A DNA stretch of 64,000 bases. Origin: Podarcis gaigeae (lineage: Eukaryota). Each line of letters starts with the position of its first letter. Positions within the stretch are counted from its first letter, which is position 1. Positions 23,966-38,066 of this stretch are shown piece after piece. The notes beneath the pieces were generated by a model. It was given only the letters and a program-made list of their open reading frames with translations. It was not told where the DNA came from and ran no database searches. The stretch is taken from assembly GCA_964106915.2 (NCBI GenBank), contig OZ066915.1, one strand, 5' to 3'. Made by a program: the position numbers and the translations under genes.

Positions 23966-25147
23966 GTGTAGAAGAATCTTTAACAATCTTTAGTGTAAGT
24001 TTGTTAAAGAGCACAATGTATGCTGCAGTTCAGCCTAATACTTTGGGGCTGCTTAAATGATATCCATTTAGCAACTAAATGTTCACAGTGCCCCCTTCTG
24101 GTCTGACAGTAAGTCAGCAACTGGAGTTCTTAAAGGCACCCAGACCTTTTCCATCTAAACCAAAGCAGCTCAGCCTTCCATAGGAAAGTAACTAGTTGGC
24201 ACTATGCCTGGCATTGCAGAAGAATGGGACTTCTAATCAAATGTACCATTAGTGCACGGCAGGTACAGGTCTGCTATGAGGATTTCTACCGGGGGTATCT
24301 ACAGCAAGTAAACTGAAGAAAAAGTAATGTAAGTAATCAATTGGTGTGATGCAAGTCTCCCCTCTTCAGATGATCTTTGCAAATCAGCTGAGGGAGGGAT
24401 AATTTGCATCAACAGGAGGCTGCTAAACTGGAAGAAGAGGTTTAAAGCCTAGCATCATGCTTTTCTCTTTCTTTTTCCTGTCACTGCTAAAATTGTTGGG
24501 GGCTTGGGGATCAGAAAAATTTGCAGCTGGAGATCAGCCATCCCTGTTATAGACTCTGTTAATTGCCCTAGGCCCTTGAAAACTCTTCATTCATCCATGC
24601 ATTTCTGCAAAAGCATCTCCATTACGATTTCATAGCAATTACAGCTATGAAAATACTATTGTTCAAGTCACGGAGTTAAGAGATAAAGACCCTAGATTCA
24701 CGCTCCCTCCATAGTCTCCCAACAGAACAAAACCCAATCCCTCTTCGATGAAAGCCAGCAGCATCAAGAAGCTACAGATCACAGAGACGGTAATTAGCCC
24801 CATTCCCATCCACTGTTCATGCCTCAGAAACAATTTAGAAGTTATATGATACAACAAAAGTCCAAGGGAGGCCTCTATAATGAGCTGCAATCACTGCTGA
24901 GAAAAGGACCATATTTCACTACAATTAACAAACAAATATCTGTTGGAGGTTATTAAGCAATGTGCTGTTTTCACTTGGAAAATGCAGCCTACTCTGTCCT
25001 CAGGCTGTTGATTTACTCCTGTTAAATTGAAATTTGTCCAGGAATTTGCTGTAGATCTCATATGCCACGTTAAAAATGCTTAATAGTAATATATCATCAT
25101 TAGTCTGTTCCTATCAATGAAAGTGCAATACGACCTTTCCTCAAAAA

Positions 25148-25509
25148 AAGGTAAAGGTAAAGGTACCCCTGCCCGTACGGGCCAGTCTCGACAGACTCTG
25201 GGGTTGTGCGCCCATCTCACTTAAGAGGCCAGGGGCCAGCGCTGTCCGGAGACACTTCCAGGTCACGTGGCCAGCGTGACATCGCTGCTCTGGCAAGCTA
25301 GAGCCGCACACGGAAACGCCGTTTACCTTCCCACTGGTAAGCGGTCCCTATTTATCTACTTGCACCCGGAGGTGCTTTCAAACTGCTAGGTTGGCAGGCG
25401 CTGGGACCGAGCAGCGGGAGCGCACCCCGCCGCAGGGATTCAAACCGCCGACCTTTTGATCGGCAAGTCCTAGGCGCTGAGGCTTTAACCCACAGCGCCA
25501 CCTGCGTCC
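25148..25509 (-). mobile_element. Full-length Sauria SINE
   Basis: tRNA-like head GGACGCAGGTGGCGCTGTGGGTTAAAG...GGTTTGAATCC, (ACCTTT)n tail and a short TSD TCAAAAA. Highly similar to 40926-41291. Confidence 0.9.
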
Positions 25510-28131
25510 TCAAAAAGCAATGTGTTATTGAGGGCACTATAGATGAGGACAACATGGGCAAAAGAAAAGAAACAGCTAGTCTGCCCCACAGAACAGGAAG
25601 CAAATGGGGCTGCAGAAACAGGGAGGGTTATGTTTGCATTTGGCTGTCAGCATATCAGCTGGGCTGTAAAGGAACTAGTGTAGAAGCTAGATAGTGCACA
25701 GGATCAATGATGAAAGGAGATCAGTCTGGCAAGAAGGCAAACTAGATGTTGTGGTAGATCCAGAATCCCTGCTGAGGCCGCTGTGGCTGATATAAAGGTA
25801 AGGGACGGAGGGAGCTTGTTACCCCAATTTGGGTGGGATGGGATTGGCCTCTATAGGGTTTCCCACAACCAGATTAAAAAAAATAAAAATTCACTTTAAT
25901 ATGGTGTGCTTGGCACATTTATATTTAGGGCTATGTGGCTTTGACCACAGGAGGGAGGATATAATTAGGTTGATTTGTGTCTATCTGGAAGGCCTTGGTG
26001 GGGGGTGGAGAGAATCAGAAATAGCCTGCTTATAGAACTAAAATGCCTAGCCACATGGAGCTCAGCTGTCTGCAAAACAAGGACAACATTTTGAAAAAAA
26101 TAAGACATGCCAAATGAGAAATTGAAACGTGACACAACAGTTTCATATGGACTGCATTTCGGTGAGAAGGATTAAACTAGGACATCAGGCAAGATAAAAG
26201 CAATCTGAATAGAGCTGCCACACTGGATGGCTGGTTACCTATTTAATTTTTTGAATCTAAAAGATTGTCAAATATTCCAAGTAGCCGTGATACTGGTGCT
26301 GCTACTTGAAGAACTAACCTGCTAATCTAGCATGTGCCTTTAAAACTGCCATTTGTTATTAAATAGTTGTTACTTTGCTTTACTTTTGCTTTAATTTCCT
26401 TTATAACAAAAAAATGCAACTGCAGACTGGCCCTGCTGTTCCAGGATAGAAGCCAATGAGGAGAACTGCTCAGTAAATCATTCACTTTTATAGAAACCTT
26501 ATGTAACAATGTTAAAAGCTGTAATTCAAAGCAATGCTTTAAAAAAGGTAATTTCATTCTTTCACAGTTAACAGTTATCTAACTTGTTTTTGCAGTTAAC
26601 GTAAGTATCAACCCACTTGAGAATATCTTTTTTCCTTATACAGTCTTGACTGATCAAATGGGCCAAATCTTTTTGACCTGTCAAATGCCTATCCCTAGAC
26701 CTGAATGCAATTAAGGCTCATTTTAGAAGGAGGCTATGCACATATTTCTCCATGATCATCATGGGTATTTGCACGTGTTTCACAGGGGAGTGAATGCACC
26801 CTTCTTTTTAAAACACCCCTCTGGACCTTTTTCAGAAGCTTGATGTTCCCATTTTCCTCCTCAAGTTGGAAAGGTCAGGAAGTAAAATATGTCCTTTCCC
26901 CAGTGAGGCAGAGGAGTGAGAGGAAGTGCTGAAAGCTGTTTTTAATGCTACTTTAAGATCCACAGTAGACATCAAAAAGAGTGGAATTAAATGCAAAAAG
27001 TATTTATTGACTGCCTGCATTTGAGAAGTTGTTTACCTCATTCTGATGATTGTATCAAAACTTAATCAGCCAAGATATGAACAAACCTTATGCCAGCCAA
27101 ACCACTTCTTCCTGTCTTAGCATGTTGCAATTAACCCCAGAGGTCTTCAATTCCACATAATTTCCTACTATGTCTGAACCATGAAACTATGACAATCAGG
27201 ATCAGAACAACCAGATTCTTAAACCACCTTCCAACTATGGTTTAATATCCTGGCCTGGTCCGCCCCCCCCCTGTCCTGGTAACCACAGGGCAGGATTCAA
27301 CTAATGTACCCTGCTTGTTAGGAGACATGATTATTTCTAGGTTGGAAATCAGAAGAGTAGCTACTATCAGTACCTAATTCATAATGGAAAGGCTAGTTTT
27401 GTTTTTTCAAAAAACACAACAGGATGGGAGAAGAGATTATCAGTTGACAAGCGAGTGTCAACCCACTGTCTCTAAAAGTCCTGAGTGCTGTGGAAGGGAC
27501 TTGTCCATCTGAGTACCATAACAAGGGCAATGAAGGCAAAGCAAGAATGCCATCAGCCACACTGAAGTAGATCTGGAGGGGCATGTCAGCAGCCACCTTC
27601 CCTTGGGACTTGGCTTATTTTCCACTGTCATACGCTACTGCAGCTAGACATATTCACTGTTTAACACAACCAAACACAGCATGTCTTTACAGTTTTATCT
27701 GTCTAACCGATCTGCTGCCAGCATTGCTCAGTTTAGGAAGGTAACTGCATATGTAGAAAGAGTATTCTTTTGCTACAGCATGATGTGAGTGGTGCCTATG
27801 CATAAGGGTAAAAGAAATGGCCTGCTTTCCTATGGACAGGACCATTCCCAGATCTAAATCCCAAAGCTTGTTCTTTTTAGAAAAAGAAGAACAAGAAGAT
27901 GAAGAGAAACATACAGACATAGGACAGATCTCCCTTTAAAGTTACTGTAAGAATAGAGTGGAACTAAAGATCATCTTGTCCAACTGTACACCCCCTAAGC
28001 AGAATCTGCCGTGAACCCACACCACACAACAACCAAGGAACAGAATATAGTGTAGCTGGCATGAGCTACATAGCTGTGTAAGCAGAGAACAGAAGCAAGC
28101 AGAGAACAAAAGCAAACAAAGTATCCCACAC

Positions 28132-28256
28132 CAGAGAGTGGCTAATACTCTAGATGTTGTTGGACTCCAACTCCCATCAGCCTCAGCCAACAAGGCCCAG
28201 GGATGATGCAAGTTGTAGTCCAACAACATCTGGAGGGCACCATATTGGCTACCTCT
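28132..28256. mobile_element. Palindromic hAT MITE, diverged copy
   Basis: Inverted arms AGATGTTGTTGGACT...AGTCCAACAACATCT. Confidence 0.7.
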
Positions 28257-28556
28257 TTAAATAATTCAATGGAAGGTTTAAATTGACAGGATGTCTCCCA
28301 CTTTTTTCTTTTAAATAGCTCTCAAGTACACTATAGTCACAGCACAAAGCACCCAGAGACCAACGTACAGGACAGAATTATTTGGGGATTTAATATCCTG
28401 CAACCAGACTGAGCACATGAAAAGAGGGAGCAAAGACAAAGACTGCATCATTACCCTAATACACAATGCTGCCAGGCTGCTCATTTCAGAACAGTAAACT
28501 AGAACATAAGCAATGAAATCTTCACCCCCCATGTAGTGGAATTAAGCAGCACTTAC

Positions 28557-28641
28557 CCTTGGAAGTCAGTATCAACAAGCAGCCGGACCAGAATTCCTGT
28601 CACAGCCACAAGGATTGGATAGTGATCTACGCTCTCCAGTC
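28557..28641 (-). CDS. RNF123: RNF123 coding exon (last one in the window)
   Basis: (G)[27 protein letters not shown](G); AG/GT ends; 85 bp. Confidence 0.93.
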
Positions 28642-30599
28642 CTAGGAAGAAAGCAGGTATTTCAAATTGCAATCAGTTCTATGAAAAGTTAGCTTGTTGA
28701 CTTCCCCTGAGCACCCCTTTTTATCTTCTTAACTATAGCAGAGGACAAATTAGCATAGCACTGCACTGAGGAACACCACCAGCCTAAGTTTTCAAGAGAC
28801 CAGGAGGAGATAAATGTTTGTATTAATTCACTTAAATATTTGTACTACTACATCCAGCAGCTTCATCAGGTCTTTGCTAGAGCACCATAAGATCAAATGA
28901 GTCCTCCTCCACCACCACTCCCAGTATGGACAACCCTGGACAAAACAGAATGAACCTTCTTGGCAAACAGGAAATCTTAGAGGTAAGTGACAAACACTAG
29001 AGAAAGCACTTGCTCATCTCTGCTAATGCCACTGTCTGGTTTTCTATCAGAAGGGCACTTAAAAGGATTGTGCAAAAAAATTGGAATGGTGCTAAGCCCT
29101 TCAGTAGTGGCCCAGCATTCCTCCACCTTCCAGTCAGCATACAATCCCCCGAGTCACCCAAACACAGAGTGTTTCTCAAGCACGTAACTTTGAAAACGGC
29201 ACTTGAAGACAGGTCTGAAGAAGTGCTGAGTGATGATTCCAATTTTCTCCTGCTTCTAGGTGAGCATGAAAGTAGCCAATGCTTTGAAATGTGGAAGACT
29301 TGGTGGTGGTCACACATGCCAATATGCCCCATGTTTCCAACAGGGCAGAGGTGCTCGAGCTGGGATAATGAGGGTATGACTAAAGAAATGCTCAAAATTT
29401 TAAGGGAAGCAGAGGGAGGTAAAACAAGCTTGTCCAAATTTAAAATTAGGCACACTTCAGAGACAACTTTCTTCAGGATGACAGCTATTCATATGGTCCT
29501 TTACTCCACATGCTTACGACCATAGCTATTCCAGAATGCTCTTTCTATCACACTACTTACGTCACACAGATGCCAAATAAATAAATCCATCAAAGAATAG
29601 GAAAGTGTAAAAATGTGTGGAAGTGTGTGGATCTTTTTAAGCTGTCTTCATTCACAATCTCAATTTTCAATGAGGGTTGAGCCCTTGTTCCCCAAGAAGG
29701 AACACAAGGGCACACCGACTCAGCAATATTGTTTACTTCCTAATACTGATCAGTATGACATAGATCTGCAGCAGTGTGTGCCACAGCAGTTATTTAATAA
29801 TGCTGTGTGAAGGAAAAGGGTCCATGCTCTGCGGGAGGGTGGGGGGACAGGCAGAGAGTGCACACACTGCTAACACATGCTGTCCTTTTCTCATCATAAG
29901 ACACCAGAATAAACAGCCAAAATGAAGAGCTAAAGATAATGGAGCTATAGCGTAAGTGGAATCTAGTCAGCACTTTTGCAGTTAAATGCAGCTCCTGCTC
30001 ATTCACCGGTATCACTCTCTGACAGCTTTTAGTGCGGAAGCAGGACGTCTTGCCTCCCTAAAGATTACTTTGCAATTTAACAAGCTCTGTACAAGAATGG
30101 ATTCCTTCACCCTGAGTAGGTGGGCACACAGCCATCACTTAATGACTGCTTACTGTTTAGAGCCAAAAGATCCCATTTCCCATCATTGCAGGTTTTATGC
30201 ATTTCTGTAAGCAGCGAAGGCCAAGACCACATGGGGCTTCCTTTTGGGATTGGATGCCATCTTTCATTCTCACGTGTGCTCTGCTGGGCTCCTACCTATC
30301 TGAAGAGCGGGTGGGAGGGAGCAGTGGCATCAATGGAAGTTGCACTGACACCATAATCAGAGATAAAAGGTCAGCACAGAATTCTCCCCACAGACATTTC
30401 CTTCCCCCCCCCCCTTTTTTAATATTTTAAATTTTATTAATTTTATTGAGTACAAATTATCTTGTTGTTCAAAGGACTGGAAGTGGGTGAAGCCCCTGTG
30501 CAGACACAATGAATGTCCACAACCATTGGAAACATTCATGTGAGTTTGTAGAAGGAGAGAGCACTATTTCCTAGGAATGACGGGAGAATTTAGATCACG

Positions 30600-30790
30600 T
30601 AAGAATGTAGGAAGCTGCCTCACCCCAGGTCAGAGTTTTTGTCTTTCTTACCTAGCTTTGCCTGGCTCTGCAAGGTCTCAGACAGCTTTGCCATCACCTT
30701 TGAGCTCCTTTGAATTAGAGCTGCCAGGGACTGAACCTGGAACCTTCTGCATGCAAAGCACATCCTCTACCACTGAGCTATGGTCCCTCT
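30600..30790 (-). mobile_element. tRNA-derived squamate SINE
   Basis: Minus strand TAGCTCAGTGGTAGAG...GGTTCAGTCCCTGGCAGCTC head and a GGCAGCTTCCTACATTCTTA tail. Confidence 0.65.
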
Positions 30791-30834
30791 CCCAAAGCAG
30801 GACTGACTGCAAGGTGGCTGGGAAGGAAGCTCAC

Positions 30835-30910
30835 CTGGCAGACGAAGATTGACCACTCTGTCAAACAAGTTCCGCTCAGCTGTCACACGATTCAGCACCT
30901 GATTTAGCAG
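30835..30910 (-). CDS. RNF123: RNF123 coding exon
   Basis: [25 protein letters not shown](G); AG/GT; 76 bp. Confidence 0.95.
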
Positions 30911-33027
30911 CTGTGGAGAAGGAAGAAGAGATGGCAGAATGATTAAAGCAGAAGATACAAGTTCTCTCTCTGCACACTTGAAGAGATGCACATATGCTAC
31001 TGCTGATACTTTCCAGTCTGATCATCAGGGTTTAGACAACTCAATTCCCTCAGATTCAGAAATCTCTCTACAACAGCAGGCACAACATTGGGCAATGCAT
31101 AGTAATAAGGTGTGCTGGGATACAGAAAGGGCCTTGAGGGTAGTTCCTTCCTTTATGCCTTGGAACTATCTGCCTTTCAGACCCACAATAGCAGAGGACG
31201 GTCTTCCAAGAACATATATTTTACAGCAAATGGTGAGATACTAGATGGATGCATGATAACGCTCTGTGTGGCCCTAGATTTCATGGCACGGAGGATACCC
31301 ATCAGCAGAGCTGCTCAGAAAAGAAACATGACAGGCCTCTCTGTGAACCATGAGAATGACAACAGACCTGAGCCTTCAGCAATAACAGACTGAAAATGTG
31401 GCTCGGGTTGCATCAGCTCACATCTCAGGCTGTGGACACTTTCAATGAAAAAACTCTTAGAAGGCTCTTAATTCCATGGATGGATGGGGTCTCTTTCTAA
31501 TAAGCCAAATTTCCACATGCATACAGTGGAACCTTAGCACAAAGGTACATGCAAGGCTGTGCAGAGAGGTATTTGATTTAAAGAAGTTGGGCAAAATGAG
31601 GAAATAGCCAGCAGTGAGTCATCATTCCAGAGAGCAAGCTGATGCTTCAACTAGAATGTGGCAGAATTCTGAAAATGGCACCCAAAGAACATTTGGCACA
31701 CTGTTTTCCCCTCCAGGGATAAGTACTGCACTGTTTTAAGAAACAATTCATAAAAGCCTTTCAAAGAGTTCATTTCAAAATTAAAACCTGACATTTTTGG
31801 TCAACCTATTTTCAAACACTGCACTGTAGTTCATTGTGTGAACAGATGTGCTCAGAACAAATATGAGTGGTTTGGTCACTTCATCTGCATGTAACTGCTT
31901 ACAGGTGGTTCTGTTGTGCCACAAGCCTCTTTGCATGGCCAGTCATCGCATGACAACTCAAACTAGGTTTCCAGATGGATCTGCTACAGTGACCCAAGCA
32001 AGCAAGTCCCAAGTGACATGCACACCTTGCCCTCCCCATCTTTAAGCATCAGTGTCTACATCTATAAGTTTCATGTTCTCCATTGTTACCCAATGGCTAA
32101 TGGCTGTACGATTTAGCAGCTTCACTCAAGTGGCTATGTAATCTTGCCAGGACATCTGCACATCAACTGTCTGGTCATATGGTGGCCAGGTTGACCAGGG
32201 ACAATGGAAATGGAACATGCAAGGCTACCTGGCTGGGCCTTTGGAACCTGATATTGTTGATGCTGGTTGGTGTTTCGGCTTTGTGTTGCTATTTTTCCTT
32301 AATGAACTTATGATTTTATTCTGTTTTATTTTATATTTATATTACATTGTAAGCTGTGCTGACAGCCACCTTGTGCTCCAACCTGGAGCAAACAGGTGGA
32401 GGCATATGAAAACATTGAAATAAATGAATGGATGAATTATTCTGTCTGTACTGAATGGGTCTGATGCATGGATAATGAATTGATGCTTGACATGTCTGAT
32501 GCATGGAGTATGAATTGATGCTTGACAGAAAAGGTGATTTACTGATACATCATGCTTTAAAAGCTTTAAGTAAACCATAGGGCCCATTAAGGCATTTGAA
32601 AAAGAAAGCAAGGGCTGAAGCTCAGAGAAGGAGATTCTTAGGAATATCATCGGGAAGGGGTACAGATTGGCTTATCCTTCCACTTCTTGAAATGTATGGC
32701 CGTCTTTACTCTGGAGTTCTTTCCCAGGAAGAAATTAAGGCTTACCAAAGAAGAAAAAGGGCAGTGAACTGGAGACCTTTATCTTGCTGCACACATACAA
32801 TCTCTGAATAATCACTAATAGAGTAAGACAGTAGTGGGGGAGGGGAGGGGAGAGCCAGCCTGCAGTTTGTTAGCCCCTAAACTTGCTGGTGACACATTCT
32901 TTTAGAATAATATAGTTCACACTGGTAACTGTGACTGTGCCAAATGACAGCACCCACATCCTCAGCTAAAAACCTTTGCCCCTTGCCATGTACCCAACCT
33001 AATGTTTTCCTGCGGAGAAGTGAGTAC

Positions 33028-33216
33028 CTGTGCAAGTCTCCTGAGTAATAGCTCTGATGAGGGGCGACTCCAGTCCAGGAAGATCTCAGGAGCCAGTGTG
33101 ACCGTCATTTCCAAGACCCTGAGCAGGCTCACTGACAGGTCAAAGCACGTTGCACACACCTTCAACTGGCGACTGTCTACAAAGTTTCTTTCCAGGCGCT
33201 CTGCAGCTTGCTGGAT
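33028..33216 (-). CDS. RNF123: RNF123 coding exon
   Basis: [29 protein letters not shown]...LLRRLAQ; AG/GT; 189 bp. Confidence 0.95.
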
Positions 33217-33470
33217 CTGCCCAGGCAAAACAGATGCAGCTTAATGTAAGAACTGGAAGGGGGGGGCAGCTGTTCTCTTCACACCTGCCCCTAACCCTCC
33301 CCCCTTTTCCAGTTCATGCACAAGTCAGCTCAATCCCAGCATCCCACAAGAACTGTGCTGCAAACTGCTACTGACACCTAGTAAGGAAAGGACTTTTGTT
33401 TTTATCCTCCAGGATGACAGGCAGAGGCTTACTCCTTCAATCAGATTTATTCCGGATCCAAAACTCTCAC

Positions 33471-33610
33471 CTCCTGAATCATGCCAATGAACTCTGAGAA
33501 GGCCCAGTTCAGCTGATTAAGCACACTGTTGAGGAAACTGGGTGCCATTTCACGGTCACTCCGCAGCAGGTCCGCCATGTGTCGCTGCAGCAGGGTGGAG
33601 GGACAAGGCT
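33471..33610 (-). CDS. RNF123: RNF123 coding exon
   Basis: (K)[15 protein letters not shown]...[14 protein letters not shown]; AG/GT; 140 bp. Confidence 0.95.
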
Positions 33611-34284
33611 CTGGAATGAAACAACAGCGGCTTCTTAAGAGGCCACACTACCAGAAGGTGCTGGGCAGCTGCTGCCCAAGCCCAGCCTGTTTCACTGCCA
33701 TCGTGTGGAAATGGGGAACAGTTTATAAGTTTACAAGTATGTGCCCCTTTCACTGCATTCAGCTTCATTTTGTCTCTCAAAAATCACAAGGAATTCTTGG
33801 AGCCTCCTCCCAGCAGAGGCCCTCTTTACAATAAGTAGAGGCGGCAGCTGCCCTCCAAGGCCAGCTCTCACACATGGACTATTCTGAGCCTGTCCCGTCT
33901 CCAAGGCCCGGAGCTCTTTGCCATAATGCCGGTCTGAATTAGCTGGGATGTGGTCATGCACATTTGCTGTCTCTCTGCAAGTAAGAAGCTGTGCCCTGCA
34001 GCTGAGCTCAAGCCAAGCATCCCTCCTGCTCATCCCCACAATGCCCTAGGTCAGCTCAGCACTAATCTCTCCTGAAAGCAGCATCACAGTAGCTCCCTAG
34101 CAGGGAATCAGCACCCAAGACAGACAGTCCCACTCCTCTCTGCCAGCATGGCACATGTTCACACTTGTTTGCCCATTTCCGATCAGGGCGAGAAATCTAA
34201 AGGGGAGGGGGAATTAAACCCAACTCTTTTCCAGCCTGCCCATGGAACCCAAAAGCAAGCCTGAAACAGGGGTGCATTTTAAAT

Positions 34285-34286
<2 letters not shown>

Positions 34287-34340
<54 letters not shown>

Positions 34341-34349
34341 TGTGTGTGT
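34287..34349. repeat. (TC)n(TG)n microsatellite
   Basis: Seen directly. Confidence 0.95.
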
Positions 34350-37110
34350 TAGCTACAGGAACTTTGCTAGCTCTTATTAATAAGTCCTCCTCATCAGAGT
34401 CTTAAAGCAGGGCCATTTGTTTCCTCACTTCCCTTAGACACAGGGAATAAGGTAAAACTTTTCACAATGGAACTATAACCCAGCAGCAGATACTACTGAC
34501 ATCACTAGGACTGCAGCAGTGGAAAAAGAAATCTGAGATATACACTGATTGCACCCCACCCCAGGAGCACACCTTACATCACTTTTCCCTCCTTTGGAAC
34601 ATGCTAGAGATCAGATGTAAACCAGGAGGAAGTTGTCAGGCAGAGCCGGATTATCGAAGCTTCAGTTTTGCACTGAAATGAAATCCCTGCCAAATGAGAG
34701 TCCCAAAGTGACACACATGTGAGAGCACTGCTTGCTTTCAAGAGAATGCAGCTGAAAGGCTCACAACTGTGAGAATAAGCTTTAAGAGCTCTTCTAGCCA
34801 ACCTCTTAACAGCAGGACCTATAACTCAAGGCTCGAAAAACTAGCCAGAAGAGGATGTATGTGCATGTTCTCCTCTCTTAGGAGCCAGCCAGTCCCATCA
34901 TTGCTTTAGTTACTAAAGGGGGCCCTAGACAGGAAATGAGCATGAGTTGTCCCTTAATAAACTGAGGCTGCAGAGCAGATGACGACCAATCATTGGTGTG
35001 CCCCTAAATTGCCCATCAACATTAGGCAAGCATAGCAGTAACTCAGGCACAAAAGGCGAGGGATTGTAACAGGACAGGCAGAGAGGTGAGCTGACTTTCA
35101 CATTCAGATATTCCATTCCAAGTAATGGCCAGAGCACACCTGATATGTCTTCCATTGTCTGTGCTCCAATCTCTCCCTGCAGCATCACAAAGACCTGCGA
35201 GAGGGGGGTGGACTCAGCCCCTCTAGGGCAGTGTCCCAAGGACAGCTGGTAAATAGGCTCCTTTCAATTAACTTGGTATTAATTATTCATTCAAGTACAC
35301 CTCAAAATAGCAGAAAGCAGGATCACTAGCCAAAGGATCCTGTGCCCTGTCTTAGACCTTTCGGAGCCACATGGAGGAAATCACTGGCAGCCAGTGATGA
35401 CCTTGCCGACACCTAGAAAAGTGAACCCAATTGCATAGGTGTCCCAAGGTCATTCAATGACCGCACCCCCAGGGATGGAGTTTCATGACAGCCTCAGCAA
35501 AAACAGCCAGCTTATTAGCCTGCAGAACTGGGCCAGAACTGGAGCTAGCAGTTTCAGGGAAGCTGTATCTGCTCAACCTTTCTGTTCCCTGTTGTGTCCA
35601 TCTTTTCAGAAGGAGAGGTGTAAAAAAAAAAGGTGGAATGGAGAAGAATAAAGAGGAAAAGGACAGTTGACACCACAGCCACAAGGGGAAACTGCTATGG
35701 AGAGCACATTAACAGCACCTACACATATTTGCTGCGGACTCGTGATATTCCCTCCACACTAAAGGGAGAGGCATACTTAACCACCCACCCTGAGGCACAT
35801 TTGACAGGTCACCATGACAAACATTTGGATGGCTCTTAGGACCATCACTTGGTGCAGCCAGACTCATCCCGCTTTATCTTTCTACCCCATCGTTTCCAAA
35901 GGACCGGCTTGTGCACCAAGGGTGGGAGGGGAAAAGGCTCTACTAGAGGGCTATAAAACTATGTCACCACCATACAAAGGGAAGACAACAGGAAACTTAC
36001 TCTGGAAACTAGCAACAGAGAGATCTCCTGGGCCCCCAAAAAAGCAGAAAAGAAAAAAGCAAAACAAAACAAAGAGAGAAACATTATAGATGCAAGTTTT
36101 CTTAGAAGGGTCAAGCAGGTGTTACTACTGCCACCTTCTGCTGGGCTGTGAGGTTAGTCATTCTGTCCCGGCATTATATGCTCTCTCAGAGAAAGAGTGC
36201 AGGACCAACTCATAACTTGCCATCCACTCAGCAACACAGATGCCATCATTCTCTTCACTAGACCAATAACTACAGAGGAGAAGCCAAAGCTCCCCCTACA
36301 GCTTGTGACTGGAGTCTCTCAGAGATCCTTGCCATGCCGGATACAAAGCCATTCTGAGTACTGTGGTAACACTGGAAGACCAGCCTGATTACTAAACCAT
36401 GGCTGCCATAAGTGAGTGGCAAATGCCTCAGAACAAATAGGACTAACATTCACAGAAGAGGACCAGCCCAGAGCTGCAAGAGAAGCAGTGCCTGCTGGAT
36501 CCAATGTACCACCAATGCCAATCAACTTGATTTCCTAAGAAAAATCTATTTTACTCCTTAAAACTATAACCTGGTGTGCCTTTGGGGATGCTTTCACACT
36601 TTGTCAACTCATGTCTGCTCTGGCCATATGCTGCTAAAATGTTTTGTCTCCTATAAATATACACCAGAGCTTTTTTGGTCATCACCTAGTGAACCAGTGA
36701 AAACAACCAGGGTGGTCACAATTATATGGAGGTGGTTTTTTTTTTTTAAGGTTTTGCACTCAAAAATAAAAGAGCGCTGGGTCAGGAAGTTAATAAGAAA
36801 CTTTTCACCCTGAGTTTGCCACACACATTTAAGTTAGGGATAGAGACAACTTATTTATATTACATGGCATCAGAGGCCCACTAGCTCCCAGCCATGCTGG
36901 GTCCCAGCAATTACACAGACAGGATCCACTGGTGCCGATTATTGTGCCAACAGCCAGCAGCAGTGTGGGGGCACCACACAACAGGATCCTGCCCTTCTGG
37001 TGCCAGAGTCAACAGCTAACCAGATTAGGATAATCTCAGTTACAGGACTGCATTTACCCACAAGCCGTAATGGCAAAGCAACACATCTCCACTCCCTATC
37101 CCCCACTCAC

Positions 37111-37195
37111 TCTGCAAGCTGGGGAGATTGGCATCTTCTGGCTTGGTTTTCAGGAGATGAGGAAGCCGTGTGTACCTGTATCCAAATCCACAGCC
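37111..37195 (-). CDS. RNF123: RNF123 coding exon
   Basis: [28 protein letters not shown]; AG/GT; 85 bp. Confidence 0.95.
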
Positions 37196-37406
37196 CTACA
37201 GGAGAGGGGGGGAAGGGAGAAATGTCTGCTTAGAAGACCTCGTGTTATCTCCCAACAAGGAACATGGAGACCCTCTCACCAGAAGCAGGTAACAAAGTTC
37301 AAACAAGAAGTTAAGGGAAAGTTCAAACAGAGGGGAAACCACTGGTTTTTAAACTACAAGCTGGAAATTCTGAACAAATGTGGAAGCAGAGGGTATCTGT
37401 TCTTAC

Positions 37407-37494
37407 TCGCCATAGTCGTACAAGGATCCAGTTGGTCTGGGCCCAGGGTCTTTGCTCATAGGGGGCCAGCAGGTTCTTCATCATGGATATTCGC
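37407..37494 (-). CDS. RNF123: RNF123 coding exon
   Basis: [29 protein letters not shown]; AG/GT; 88 bp. Confidence 0.95.
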
Positions 37495-37765
37495 CTGCCA
37501 GAGTAAAACAAACAAGTCAGCCAACCACCATGAAAACAGCACCAAGGTTAAAAAGTGGGGGTTTGGGAAGGATTCAAGGCAAGATGTTTAATTTACTTGA
37601 GAGGGAAGAATCAGAAGTGCAATGTGAGGAAACAAGGGGAGCAGCAGCTTCCACACAAAAGGGATTATAAGTATAGGAATCGTGCCTGGTTCAGAGAAGA
37701 AGAGAGAAATAATCCTCTTCCAGAACATATAATATTTTTCAGGAATGGTGAAACCAAGAACTTAC

Positions 37766-37853
37766 TGTAGTTCTGGAATCCTCTCTACAGCACGGAGTGA
37801 GTGTGGGTAGCAAACATAGCTGGCCAGTGCCTGCATTAGGGAGTCTCTGATGT
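37766..37853 (-). CDS. RNF123: RNF123 coding exon
   Basis: (D)[28 protein letters not shown](Q); AG/GT; 88 bp. Confidence 0.95.
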
Positions 37854-37951
37854 CTGAATGTGGAAACAAGACAGAATGTAAGTGGAGTAGGGATAATAGG
37901 GACATAGATTGCCAGAAAAATACTTCAGATATTGTGGTGCAATTGCATACT

Positions 37952-38066
37952 TAGGGTTGCCATACGTCTGGGATTTCCTGGACATATTCAAAATACTGCA
38001 GTGGGCAGTAGTGTCTGGGCAGAAATCGGAAAAATGTGCAGTAAAATTTGGACGTATGGCAACCCA
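37952..38066. mobile_element. hAT (Blackjack-like) MITE
   Basis: Inverted termini TAGGGTTGCCATACGTC / GACGTATGGCAACCC. Confidence 0.65.

Noticed and set aside
28997-29525. Overlapping 171-aa (+) and 152-aa (-) ORFs
   Set aside because: Non-ATG starts, no recognisable domain and no convincing splice frame; plausible by chance in 64 kb.
35577-35670. Long pyrimidine tract plus AG suggesting a 24-nt in-frame microexon
   Set aside because: The candidate donor GTTGAG is poor and there is no homology support.
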